The translations under genes and the position numbers were made by a program. From Longimicrobiales bacterium (GTDB lineage Bacteria > Gemmatimonadota > Gemmatimonadetes > Longimicrobiales > Gaopeijiaceae): a stretch of 64,000 nt of DNA. Of this stretch, positions 29,051 through 38,210 are shown piece after piece. The stretch's first letter is position 1, and each line of letters opens with the position of its first letter. Where the stretch lies: contig CAXXKM010000003.1 of NCBI GenBank assembly GCA_963664435.2, forward strand, positions 1,024,001 to 1,088,000, in the 5' to 3' direction. A model generated the notes under the pieces. The model was not told the DNA's origin. It searched no databases and saw nothing but the letters and a program-made list of their open reading frames with translations.

Positions 29051-29931
29051 CGGATTCAATGGCAGGCCGCATACCCGCGATGAAGGCGGTGTGGATCGAA
29101 CAACTTCGCGTGGTCGGGCTCGCCATCCGCCGCGAGGGTGCCCTGGCAGCCCTGGTACTGGGGCTCGGCTCGGTGGCTCTCATTGCCTTCAGCCGAATGC
29201 CGGTCCTGCAGGCAATGCTCGATGCCGAGATGGGCGAGCTCGTCCTGGATCCCGGCGAGCCCCCCTGGGGATTCTTCGCCGTGCTCGCCGGACTGCTCCT
29301 CCCCCTCGTGGTGTGGAAGGGCGAGCGCCGGTTCGGCGACACCCCGCTGTGGTCGCTGCCCGTCGATCACCGGAGGCACGCGCTCCTCAAGGTGGCGGCC
29401 GGATGGGTCTGGCTCCTGGCGATCCTGGGTGTGGCCCTCGGGTGGGTCACGCTCACGACGTTGGCGAGCGGCGGGACCATGGGCGTCGACGAAGTTCGGG
29501 TCCTCATCGTCGATCCGGTTGGAGCCGCCGAGGGCACGCCCGGCGCCACGGAATCGGTGAGCTGGACCACCCCGTGGTGGGAGTGGGCACTCCCCTTCAC
29601 GTCGGCCACCGCCGCCTACCTGCTGGCCAGCACCCTGATGCTCGCCACGGCGCGCCCGCTGTTCTGGGCCGTCGGGCTGTGGGTCGCGGGCGCGGTCTTG
29701 GTGGCCGTCGGCGATAAGTGGGACATCGGCTGGATTCAGCGGACCACCGAGTTCGTTGCCTGGTACGCCGGTGGGGATTCGTTCACACGGGGGATGCAGC
29801 TGCCGATCGGTGGGAGAGAGGTGTGGACGCTCCTGCCGACCATGCAGATGTGGATGGCATCGTCCGCGTTCTGGATCGGCCTGGGGCTGGTGGGAGTGCT
29901 GGGGGCGTCAGGCCGAGCGCGGAATCACTGA
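29047..29931 (+). CDS. Putative ABC-2 type permease / membrane protein
   Basis: About 6 hydrophobic segments; LWSLPVDHRRHALLK motif; coupled to the ATPase. Confidence 0.7.
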   Translation: MTDSMAGRIPAMKAVWIEQLRVVGLAIRREGALAALVLGLGSVALIAFSRMPVLQAMLDAEMGELVLDPGEPPWGFFAVLAGLLLPLVVWKGERRFGDTPLWSLPVDHRRHALLKVAAGWVWLLAILGVALGWVTLTTLASGGTMGVDEVRVLIVDPVGAAEGTPGATESVSWTTPWWEWALPFTSATAAYLLASTLMLATARPLFWAVGLWVAGAVLVAVGDKWDIGWIQRTTEFVAWYAGGDSFTRGMQLPIGGREVWTLLPTMQMWMASSAFWIGLGLVGVLGASGRARNH

Positions 29932-30770
29932 CCCGGGATCCCTTGCAGCACCTTGCGGACACTCGGGCTCGCATCTCTCAGAAGGCGCTTCCGGTATGCG
30001 TCGCCGTCCGGATCATCCGGGTAGTGCAGGCCGGATCCGGCCGCAAGCAGCATCTCGACCAGCTCCACGTATGCGTCCTGGCGCTCCTCGGCGCCGCCGG
30101 AATACCGGGAACCGTGGACGGCCCAGTGCAAGGGAGAGGATTCGTGAATGTCGTCGAAGACATCGACCGGCGCGCCGGCATCGAGCAGCAGGCGCGCGTT
30201 TCGGGGTTGGCCGAACCAGGCGGACTGATGGAGTGGGGTGCCGGAGTCGAGACCCCTTGCTGTCAGGTCCGCCCCAGCCTGGATCAGCAGCTTCACGGGC
30301 TCCCGGTCGGTGCGGCCGGCTACATCCGCCAGCAGCCGGTCTTCCTCGGGGTTGCCGGTTCGGGCTACGCCAGGATTGTCTTTGAGGATCGCCCGCGCCT
30401 CGTCGAGACGTCCGTTGACGATCGCCACCGCGAAACGGTCGGCTTCGTTCAACCCGGTGTCGGCGCCGCGGTTCACGAGCAGGTTCGCGACTTCGTCAAA
30501 CCCTCTCCTGACGGCGTGCGCGTATGCGGTCTTGCCCCCCGCCGTCCCGGCTTCGATCCCGGCCCCGTGGTCGAGGAGGACGTCTACGGCTCGGAGACGC
30601 CGTCGCCGGGTGGCTACGTGAAGCGGCGTTTCCGCGTACACCCCGCTGCGCACGTTGGGATCGGCCCCCCCGGCGAGCATCCGACGCAGTACCTCGTCGC
30701 CATCCGCCCCGTAATGGAAGTCCAGAAGCCAGAACAGCGCCCGCTCCATCGCCCCCGGCGTTTCGTTCAT
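29925..30770 (-). CDS. Ankyrin repeat protein
   Basis: GADPN, ETPLHVA, LLDHGA, GTPLHQSA, SPLHWA repeats. Confidence 0.9.
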   Translation of the reverse strand: MNETPGAMERALFWLLDFHYGADGDEVLRRMLAGGADPNVRSGVYAETPLHVATRRRRLRAVDVLLDHGAGIEAGTAGGKTAYAHAVRRGFDEVANLLVNRGADTGLNEADRFAVAIVNGRLDEARAILKDNPGVARTGNPEEDRLLADVAGRTDREPVKLLIQAGADLTARGLDSGTPLHQSAWFGQPRNARLLLDAGAPVDVFDDIHESSPLHWAVHGSRYSGGAEERQDAYVELVEMLLAAGSGLHYPDDPDGDAYRKRLLRDASPSVRKVLQGIPGQ

Positions 30771-30854
30771 CCGATGGTTCGTCCTCGATGCGATTCCGGG
30801 CCGGACGGGCGCACGCGCGCCGTAGCCCTCACCGCTGCTCGCTGGCCCTGACCC

Positions 30855-31892
30855 TCACCGCTGCACGCGACCGCTGCCACCCCCCTTCATCAGCCCCTCG
30901 ACCTCCGTTACGCCCACCCGGTGGAAATCGCCGGGGACCGAGTGCTTCAGGCAGCCGGCCGCCGTCGCGAACTCCAATGCCCGCCGGTCGTCCGCATGGA
31001 TCGCGAGACCGTAGATGAACCCCGCTGCGAACGCATCCCCGGTCCCGACTCGGTCGACGATGTCCGGCACCTCGTATCTGCGGCTGACCATGAAGTTTCG
31101 CCCGTCGTGCAGGCAGGCGCCCCAGGTGTTGTGGTCGGCGCTCCGGCTCTCGCGCAGGGTGATGACCTGCTTCTCCAGGTTCGGAAAGGCGGCCAGCACG
31201 CGCTCGGCCAACACCCGGTAGCGCTCGCGGTCGAGTGCGCCGGCCTCGACATCCACGCTCGACTCGATCCCGAGCGACCGCTGGCAGTCCTCCTCGTTGG
31301 CGATGCCGATCTGCACGTGCTCCACCAGCTCGCGCATCACCTCCGGGGCGGGCCTCCCGTACCTCCAGAGCTTCTTCCGATAGTTGTAGTCGCACGACAC
31401 CGTCACGCCCAGCGTCCGCGCCTGCCGCACCGCCTCCAGGGAGAGCTCGGCGGCCGAGGCGCTGAGCGCCGGCGTGATGCCGGTGATGTGGAACCAGTCC
31501 GCACCCTCGAAGACGGCGTCCCAGTCGAAGTCGCCCGGACGGGCGCTGGCGATGGACGAATTGGCGCGGTCGTAGACCACCCGGCCGGGCCGCTGATTCG
31601 CCCCCGTCTCCAGGTAGTAGATGCCCATGCGCGCACCCTCCCGCCGGATGAGCCGGGTATCCACGCCGAACCGGCGCAGCTCGCCGATGGCCGCGTCGCC
31701 GATCGGGTTGGCGGGCAGGACCGTGCAGAAGGCGGCGTCCAGCCCGAAGTTGGCGAGCGATACCGCCACGTTGCTCTCGGCACCCCCGAAGGTCGCCTCG
31801 AGACGCGGGCTCTGGAGCAGCCGCTCGCGCCCCGGGGCCCGGAGCCGCAGCATGAGTTCGCCGAAGGTCACGATGCGCATCGGTGACGTCAT
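30855..31892 (-). CDS. kdgK: 2-dehydro-3-deoxygluconokinase (PfkB family)
   Basis: [40 protein letters not shown]. Confidence 0.9.
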   Translation of the reverse strand: MTSPMRIVTFGELMLRLRAPGRERLLQSPRLEATFGGAESNVAVSLANFGLDAAFCTVLPANPIGDAAIGELRRFGVDTRLIRREGARMGIYYLETGANQRPGRVVYDRANSSIASARPGDFDWDAVFEGADWFHITGITPALSASAAELSLEAVRQARTLGVTVSCDYNYRKKLWRYGRPAPEVMRELVEHVQIGIANEEDCQRSLGIESSVDVEAGALDRERYRVLAERVLAAFPNLEKQVITLRESRSADHNTWGACLHDGRNFMVSRRYEVPDIVDRVGTGDAFAAGFIYGLAIHADDRRALEFATAAGCLKHSVPGDFHRVGVTEVEGLMKGGGSGRVQR

Positions 31893-32527
31893 GGTCGTTC
31901 TCCCCGGACGACGGCTGCGGTCCTCGCGGCCTCGTCCCGGATCCGGCCGAAGGCGCCCTGGTCGATCCACGCGGCCGGCGCGAGCCAGGAGCCGCCGCAG
32001 GCCAACACCCGATCGAGCCTGAGGTAGCCCGGGAGGTGCTCGCGCTTCACTCCTCCGGTAGGGATGAACCGCACGCCGGTGAACGGCGCCGAGATCGCGT
32101 TGAGGAAGGACGCTCCCCCGAGGGGCCCGGCGGGAAAGAACTTGAGCACGTCGAGCCCCGACTCCAGCGCGTTCTGAATCTCGGTGGGCGTGCATACCCC
32201 GGGGTAGACGGGGAGCTCGTGCGCCTGGCAATACTCAACCACGCGGGCATCGAAACCCGGCGAGACGACGAATCGCGCCCCCGCCGCCCGCGCAGCCTCC
32301 GCCTGCCCGCGGGTGAGGACGGTGCCGGCGCCGAGCAGGACATCGGGGACCTCCGCCGCGATGCGGCGCAGCGCCTCCGCGGCCCCGGCGGTCCTGAACG
32401 TGATCTCGGCGCACGGAAGCCCGCCCTCGGCCAGGGCGCGCGCCAGCGGCACCGCGCGGCGCGGGTCGCGGATGACGACAACCGGCACTACGCCCAGCCG
32501 CCCGATCCGTTCGTCCAGGAACTTCAC
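31889..32527 (-). CDS. eda: KDPG/KHG aldolase
   Basis: VVPVVV, AEITFRT, GAGTVL, VVSPG, TPTEI, LKFFPA, FIPTGGV, CGGSW. Confidence 0.95.
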   Translation of the reverse strand: MKFLDERIGRLGVVPVVVIRDPRRAVPLARALAEGGLPCAEITFRTAGAAEALRRIAAEVPDVLLGAGTVLTRGQAEAARAAGARFVVSPGFDARVVEYCQAHELPVYPGVCTPTEIQNALESGLDVLKFFPAGPLGGASFLNAISAPFTGVRFIPTGGVKREHLPGYLRLDRVLACGGSWLAPAAWIDQGAFGRIRDEAARTAAVVRGERP

Positions 32528-33585
32528 GGCGGCCCCCGCGTCTCCCCGCCGCCCGCCATCCCTTCCACCCCCTCCCAAAGCCCCTGCAGGTACATCGCCC
32601 CGAGCGCCCGATCGTACAGGCCGTACCCCGGCTGGCCCGTCTCCCCCCAGATCATGCGCCCGTGGTCGGGACGCATGGGGCCGGTGAACCCCACCTCGCG
32701 CAGCGCGCGGAGCACCTCCCGCAGGTCCACGTCCCCGAGCCGCGACAGGTGCGGACTCTCATGGAATCGACGCTCGCCGGTCACGCGCACGTTGCGGCAG
32801 TGAGCGAAGTGGATCCTCGAGCCCAGGCGGCGGACGATCCCGGGCAGATCGTTGTCGGGATGGGCGCCCAGGGAGCCGCTGCAGAACGTGACTCCGTTGG
32901 CGGGCCGATCCACCAGCCCCAGCAGGCGTTCGAGCGCCGGGCCGTCCGTGATGATGCGCGGCAGCCCGAAGACGGACCACGGCGGATCGTCCGGATGCAT
33001 CGCCATCAGAACACCGGACTCCTCCGCAACCGGCACGACCGCTTCCAGGAAACACGCGAGGTTGTCCCAGAGCCGCTCCTTCTCCATCGCGCGGAAGGCG
33101 GCGAGGAGTTCGGGGAGCTTCCCGGGCTCGGGAGGCGACCATGCCGGAAGCGCGGCCGGGCCCCGGACGGGATCGAGAGCGGCCAGTTCCCCCGGATCGT
33201 ACGCGAGCGTGGCCGAACCGTCCGCCAGCCGCATGTCGGTGCTCGTGCGGGTCCAGTCGAGCACGGGCATGAAGTTGTAGCAGAGGACCGGGACGCCGAC
33301 CTCGCCCACGGCGCGCACGCTCTCGCAGTAGCGCTCGATGAGCCGGTCCCTGGAGGGCCGCCCCAGCTTGATGTCGTCGTGGACGGGAACGCTCTCCACC
33401 ACCGCGAAGCGGAACCCCGCGTCGTCGATCCGCTCTCCCAGCCGGCTCAGCTCGTCCCGCGGCCACGCTTCCCCCGCGGGGATGCCGTGCAGCGCGCTGA
33501 CCACCCCATCGACGCCGGGGATCTGGCGGATCCGCGAGAGGCTCACCGGATCCCGGGGACCGAACCAGCGGAAGCTCATGAGCAT
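32524..33585 (-). CDS. uxuA: Mannonate dehydratase
   Basis: FRWFGPRDPV, VVESVPVH, CYNFMPVLDWTRT, HPDDPPW, MRPDHG, PGYGLYDRALG. Confidence 0.95.
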   Translation of the reverse strand: MLMSFRWFGPRDPVSLSRIRQIPGVDGVVSALHGIPAGEAWPRDELSRLGERIDDAGFRFAVVESVPVHDDIKLGRPSRDRLIERYCESVRAVGEVGVPVLCYNFMPVLDWTRTSTDMRLADGSATLAYDPGELAALDPVRGPAALPAWSPPEPGKLPELLAAFRAMEKERLWDNLACFLEAVVPVAEESGVLMAMHPDDPPWSVFGLPRIITDGPALERLLGLVDRPANGVTFCSGSLGAHPDNDLPGIVRRLGSRIHFAHCRNVRVTGERRFHESPHLSRLGDVDLREVLRALREVGFTGPMRPDHGRMIWGETGQPGYGLYDRALGAMYLQGLWEGVEGMAGGGETRGPP

Positions 33586-33592
33586 CGGCGTC

Positions 33593-34420
33593 TCAGATGC
33601 CGCTGAAGGCGCTGAATCCGCCGTCGACGGGGATCACGGCGCCGGTCACGAACGACGCCGCGTCGCTTGCGAGCCAGCGGACCGCGCCCGCCACCTCCTC
33701 GGGCCTTCCGAGCCGGCCCATCGGCGTGTGTTCGATGATGCGCGTCGCGCGCTCGGTGCGGCTCCCGTCCGGATTCACCAGCACGGCCCGGTTCTGCTCC
33801 GCCAGGAAGAAGCCCGGCGCGACCGCGTTGACCCGGAGACCGTCCCCGTACCGGCGCGACAACTCGACCGCCATCCAGCGCGTGAAGTTCTCGATGGCCG
33901 CCTTGGCGGCCGAATAGGCCATGACGCCGCTCAGGACCCGGAGCGCCGCCATCGACGAGATGTTGACGATGCAGCCGGCGCCGCGGGCGGCCATCCCTTC
34001 GCCGAAGACCATGGACGGCAGGACCGAGCCGTGGAGGTTCAGGCGGAGCGCCTCGTCGAAGGCGTCCGCGGGCACGTCGAAGATGCTCCTGCCATCGCTG
34101 CGGGCACGGCGCACGTTCCCCCCCGCGGCGTTGACCAGGATGTCCGCGGCTCCCCACCGGTCCTGGAGCTCGCCACGTGCCCGGGCGAGCGCCTCCTCGT
34201 CCAGCACGTCCGCCGGGAGCGCGATGGCCCCACCGATCGCACCGGCCTGCGCCTCGGCCCGCTCACGGCAGCGGCCCAGGACCGCAACCCGCGCCCCCGC
34301 TCGCCCCAGCTCCGCGGCGATCGCGCCGCCCAGCACCCCGTAGCCGCCGCACACCACCGCCACCCTGCCGGTGAGATCGAACGGATCGGAGCCCGCTACC
34401 CGTCCATCGGTGCCGGTCAC
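33593..34420 (-). CDS. SDR family D-mannonate oxidoreductase (UxuB-like)
   Basis: GGYGVLG, LVNAAGGN, YSAAKAA, APGFFLAEQNR; adjacent to uxuA. Confidence 0.85.
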   Translation of the reverse strand: MTGTDGRVAGSDPFDLTGRVAVVCGGYGVLGGAIAAELGRAGARVAVLGRCRERAEAQAGAIGGAIALPADVLDEEALARARGELQDRWGAADILVNAAGGNVRRARSDGRSIFDVPADAFDEALRLNLHGSVLPSMVFGEGMAARGAGCIVNISSMAALRVLSGVMAYSAAKAAIENFTRWMAVELSRRYGDGLRVNAVAPGFFLAEQNRAVLVNPDGSRTERATRIIEHTPMGRLGRPEEVAGAVRWLASDAASFVTGAVIPVDGGFSAFSGI

Positions 34421-34490
34421 GCGGCTCTTCCCGATCGCGCCCCCCTTTCCGGACGCCTTGCCGACCCGGCGTCTCTCCGCCTCCGCAAAC

Positions 34491-35801
34491 TCACCCGCCG
34501 CGCTCTGCCAGCTGGCGCTCGATGGAATCGCGCATGTAGGGAAGATGCCTGAGCGCGTTCTCGAAGTAGATCTTGCGCAGTACCTCGTCCGGAAGGCCGA
34601 TCCCGTAGATGTTGTAGCGTCCGTGGCCCGGAGAGCCCCCGGGGGTCCGGACCTGGGCCGGATGGAAGAAGTGCTCGTCGAAGGTCTCCAGGAAGCGCCA
34701 GTGAGGCGTCCAGAAGTCGTCGATCGTGCGGCGCCGGTTGCCGTCGGTGCCGAAGAGGATGCGGTCCTGGTACTTGAGGAAGAACTCCCGCCAGAGACGC
34801 GGCGCGCGGCCCAGGTCCTGAATCGCGGCCGATGTCTCCAGGTCGGCGTTCGGATAGGTGTCCAGCAGCGTCCCCAGCCTCCCCGGGTCGTAGTAGAGCA
34901 TCGCCATGTGCCCGAGCACGAAGCGCGTGCCCGGATGCTTGGCGAGCATCTTTTCGCGGGCCACCTCGATCACCTCCCGCGGCGGGCCCGATTCGTAGAG
35001 GTTGCCGCTCTTGTCCCCCGGATGCCGCCAGAGGCCGGCCTCGTAGCGCTCGTTTAGGGGACCGATGGGATAGAAGCGCCCCACGGAGTCGCTGGTGTGG
35101 ATCATGACCGGCATGTCGTGCTTCGCGGCCATGGCCCAGACGGCGTCGAGGCGCGGGTCGTCGGCCTGAATGAAGGTGCCGTCGGGGTTGCGCGCGCCCT
35201 GGCCCAGCGACTTCGCGACCTTCAGGCCCCGCGCGCCGGCAAGGTATCCCCGCTCCATCTCGCCGGCCATCCATTCGGACCAGCCGGGTTCGTTGATGCC
35301 GTCGAGGTTGAGGGTGACGAAGTTCACGACCCGGTCCCGGTACGCTTCTCCGGCCGCCAGGGTGGAGTCGAGGTGCGCCCCGGTGCCGCCGTTCAGGTTG
35401 ATGATCGCGCCCATGCCGATGGAGTCCATGAGGGCGATCATGCTCTCGTACGCCTCGGACGTGGTGAGTTCGCCGGCGTGCACGTGGAAGTCGATGGCCG
35501 GGAATCCCGCGCGCGTGATGTTCGTTCGGGGGAGCCGGAGCAGGATGTAGGGCATGGGAGGCTGCTCGTACCCGGGCGGTTCCCAGCCTTCGGGGGGAAG
35601 GGTCGCCTCCAGTGGCGGCATGGGCGGGATCCACACGGCGCCCTCGGCCATCCCCGCGGGCGCCCGCGGCATCAAGGGAATCGGGGTGCCGTCGCGGGCG
35701 CGAATGGTGTCGTCCCGCTCCTGGGCCTGGGCCGCCAGCGCCGGGAAAAGGGTGACGAAGGCGGCGACCCACAGGGCCTGGGTGAAGTACGAACGACGCA
35801 T
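34491..35801 (-). CDS. Exported amidohydrolase (Amidohydro_2-like)
   Basis: Signal peptide ending AQA; IDFHVH, PVMIHTSD, VLGHM, ILFGTD, LRKIYFENA. Confidence 0.85.
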   Translation of the reverse strand: MRRSYFTQALWVAAFVTLFPALAAQAQERDDTIRARDGTPIPLMPRAPAGMAEGAVWIPPMPPLEATLPPEGWEPPGYEQPPMPYILLRLPRTNITRAGFPAIDFHVHAGELTTSEAYESMIALMDSIGMGAIINLNGGTGAHLDSTLAAGEAYRDRVVNFVTLNLDGINEPGWSEWMAGEMERGYLAGARGLKVAKSLGQGARNPDGTFIQADDPRLDAVWAMAAKHDMPVMIHTSDSVGRFYPIGPLNERYEAGLWRHPGDKSGNLYESGPPREVIEVAREKMLAKHPGTRFVLGHMAMLYYDPGRLGTLLDTYPNADLETSAAIQDLGRAPRLWREFFLKYQDRILFGTDGNRRRTIDDFWTPHWRFLETFDEHFFHPAQVRTPGGSPGHGRYNIYGIGLPDEVLRKIYFENALRHLPYMRDSIERQLAERGG

Positions 35802-35908
35802 GAGTTCTACCTCCTGTTCCGGGCACCGGCGCCAAGGCGCCGATGCGGACGAATGACTGCGCCGGCAGCGGTTTGTGCACCGCAACACACGGTCCGCTCC
35901 CCCGTCCC

Positions 35909-38017
35909 CTATCCCCTGGGAAGGGCGCGTGTCATGTAGTCGACGATCGCGGCGCGCTGCTCCGGCGTAGTCGCGTTGATGAAGCCGCGGGCGTACTTGT
36001 CACCCACGAACAGCCGCCACTCCTCCGCGCTGCGCCGGCCGTTGACGATCCGGTCGGCCGAATGGCACTGCGTGCAGTTCCGCCGGACGACTTCCCTTCC
36101 CGGGAGGTCGGGCAGTTCCGCCCCGCCCATCCCGCCCAGGTACCCGTCGGGGGGCGGCTCGACCGGGGGCGGCGGCGGCGGGGCCTGCGGCTCCATGGAC
36201 GGCGCGGCCAGATCCGCGTCCAGCGCGAAGGTGTAGACCCGGCCGGGCGCGTAGCTGCCCCCGCGGCCGGTCGCGACCGACACGTACTGCCGGCCGTCGA
36301 GCATGTACGTGACGGGGTTGGCGAAGCCGGGCGCGAGCGGAAACTCCCACAGCATCTCGCCATCGTCCGCGCGATAGGCGTTGAAGGATCCGCCGCCGTT
36401 GCCGTGGAACACCAGGTTGCCGGCGGTGGTCAGCGTCCCACCGGAGACGCCGCGTTGCTCGAAGCGGTGCCGCCAGCGCTCCTCCTGGGCAACGGGATCC
36501 CACGCGGCCAGGAAGGCGCCCAGACCGCCCATCCCGACCACCATGGGGTCGATCTCCCGGTCCCGCGGCCCCGCCTGAGGCAATGCGGCCGGAAGCTCCG
36601 CGGCCATCGCATCGGCGCCCCGCACCGGCCCGGCGGTCGGCCGGCGCCGTCCCATGCCGAAGCCCGGCTGTCCGGGCTCGATCGCGAAGTCCGGATCCAC
36701 GGAGTACCACCGCGACGTCTCCTGCCCCGGGAGGTAGACCAGACCCGTGGCCGGATTCCAGGAGGTCGCGTGCCAGTTGTGCGCGCCGTCCGAGCCGGGG
36801 GAGATGAGCGCGCCCTCGATGCCGTAGCGGGCGAAGTCGGTCTCGATCGGACGGCCGGTCTCCGGGTCGTACCCCGTGGCCCACGTCACCCGCGCGAACG
36901 GCTCCGCGGAGATGAACTCGCCGGTCACGCGGTCGATCACGTAGAAGAAGCCGTTCTTGGGCGCCTGCATGATGACCTGCCGCTCGCGCCCGTCGATGAC
37001 CAGATCCGCGAGGATGAGCGGCTGGGTGGCGGCGTAGTCCCAGTCGTCTCCGGGCGTGGTCTGGTAGTGCCAGACGTACTCGCCGGTGCGCGGGCGCACG
37101 GCCATGATCGAGGTGAGATACAGGTTGTCGCCGCCCCCCGGGCTCCGGATGTCGCGCGCCCAGGGCCCTCCGTTCCCGACTCCGAAGTAAAGGAGATCGA
37201 GCTCCGGATCCCAGGCCATGCCGTCCCAGACCGTACCCCCGCCTCCGTATCGCCACCAGGCGCCGGTCCAGGTCTCGGCCGCCCGCTCGAGGGCTTCGCT
37301 CTCGAAGGGCTCGGTGGGATCGCCCGGTACCGTGTAGAAACGCCACACCAGCTCGCCGGTCCGGGCGTCGTAGGCCGACACGAAGCCGCGCACGCCGAAC
37401 TCGGCGCCGCTGATGCCCGTGATCACGAGCCCGTCGACGATGCGCGGGGCGCCGGTGATGCTGTAGTCGTCGAGCGGGCTCCGCACCTGCACCCGCCACG
37501 CCTCCTCGCCCGTCCCGGCGTCCAGCGCGACCAGGCTCCCGTTCAGAAGCCCGACGTAGACCTTGCCGTCGTAGAGGGCCACCCCCCGGTTCACCGGACC
37601 GCAGCAGAGGCTCGGGCCCCGCCGGTGCCGGATTCCGCGCGCGTCGGTGACGTACTGCGTCTGCGGGATCCCGGGGTCCCAGCGCCACCTCTCCTCGCCC
37701 GTGCGCGCGTCCACCGCGAACACGACGCTCCAGGTGAGCGTGCCGTACATCGTCCCGTCCGCGACGATCGGCGTCCCCTCCAGCTGCCCCGGGTACGATC
37801 CGGTGTCGTAGGACCACGCCAGGCCGAGGCGGTCCACGTTGCCCGCGTCGACCTGGTCGAGGGGACTGTGGTGGGTGCCGTCCTGGTCGCGGCCGTAGTT
37901 CAGCCACTCCCCGGGGGGCGGATCGAGCAGCACCTCCTGGCGCGGGTAGCCTCCCGACTCCTGTGCGCCCGCGATCCATGCTCCGCCGCCGGCCACCACG
38001 GCCACGAGGAGCCACAT
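35909..38017 (-). CDS. PQQ-dependent dehydrogenase with a C-terminal c-type cytochrome (quinohemoprotein)
   Basis: LCCGPVNRG, GAEFGVRGFV, GDDWDYAATQP, GAHNW; Pro-rich linker; CTQCH. Confidence 0.9.
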   Translation of the reverse strand: MWLLVAVVAGGGAWIAGAQESGGYPRQEVLLDPPPGEWLNYGRDQDGTHHSPLDQVDAGNVDRLGLAWSYDTGSYPGQLEGTPIVADGTMYGTLTWSVVFAVDARTGEERWRWDPGIPQTQYVTDARGIRHRRGPSLCCGPVNRGVALYDGKVYVGLLNGSLVALDAGTGEEAWRVQVRSPLDDYSITGAPRIVDGLVITGISGAEFGVRGFVSAYDARTGELVWRFYTVPGDPTEPFESEALERAAETWTGAWWRYGGGGTVWDGMAWDPELDLLYFGVGNGGPWARDIRSPGGGDNLYLTSIMAVRPRTGEYVWHYQTTPGDDWDYAATQPLILADLVIDGRERQVIMQAPKNGFFYVIDRVTGEFISAEPFARVTWATGYDPETGRPIETDFARYGIEGALISPGSDGAHNWHATSWNPATGLVYLPGQETSRWYSVDPDFAIEPGQPGFGMGRRRPTAGPVRGADAMAAELPAALPQAGPRDREIDPMVVGMGGLGAFLAAWDPVAQEERWRHRFEQRGVSGGTLTTAGNLVFHGNGGGSFNAYRADDGEMLWEFPLAPGFANPVTYMLDGRQYVSVATGRGGSYAPGRVYTFALDADLAAPSMEPQAPPPPPPVEPPPDGYLGGMGGAELPDLPGREVVRRNCTQCHSADRIVNGRRSAEEWRLFVGDKYARGFINATTPEQRAAIVDYMTRALPRG

Positions 38018-38133
38018 CCTTCGGTTGCGAATCAAGCCTGAAACCTCGTGCGGTGGGGTGCCTGCTTCATCCGAAAAGTATGGATGTCGCCGCGCCCATG
38101 CCGCAAACGCCCGCACCCATTCGACGGACCGCA

Positions 38134-38176
38134 CCCACAACGGGCAGGGGGCTCACCACTACCGGTAGTGGGTACC
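38134..38176 (-). repeat. Tandem palindromic element, copy 2
   Basis: Perfect CCACTACCGGTAGTGG at 38156-38171 plus degenerate CCCACAACGGGCAGGGG at 38134-38150. Confidence 0.75.
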
Positions 38177-38210
38177 GGCGACCGCTTCACGAGCACGGTG
38201 GACCGTCCGT

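Noticed and set aside
4470..38017. Lanthanide-dependent (XoxF/ExaF-type) PQQ enzymes
   Set aside because: Both enzymes have WDYT/WDYA rather than the extra Asp (D-x-D) needed for lanthanide binding, so they are predicted Ca-type
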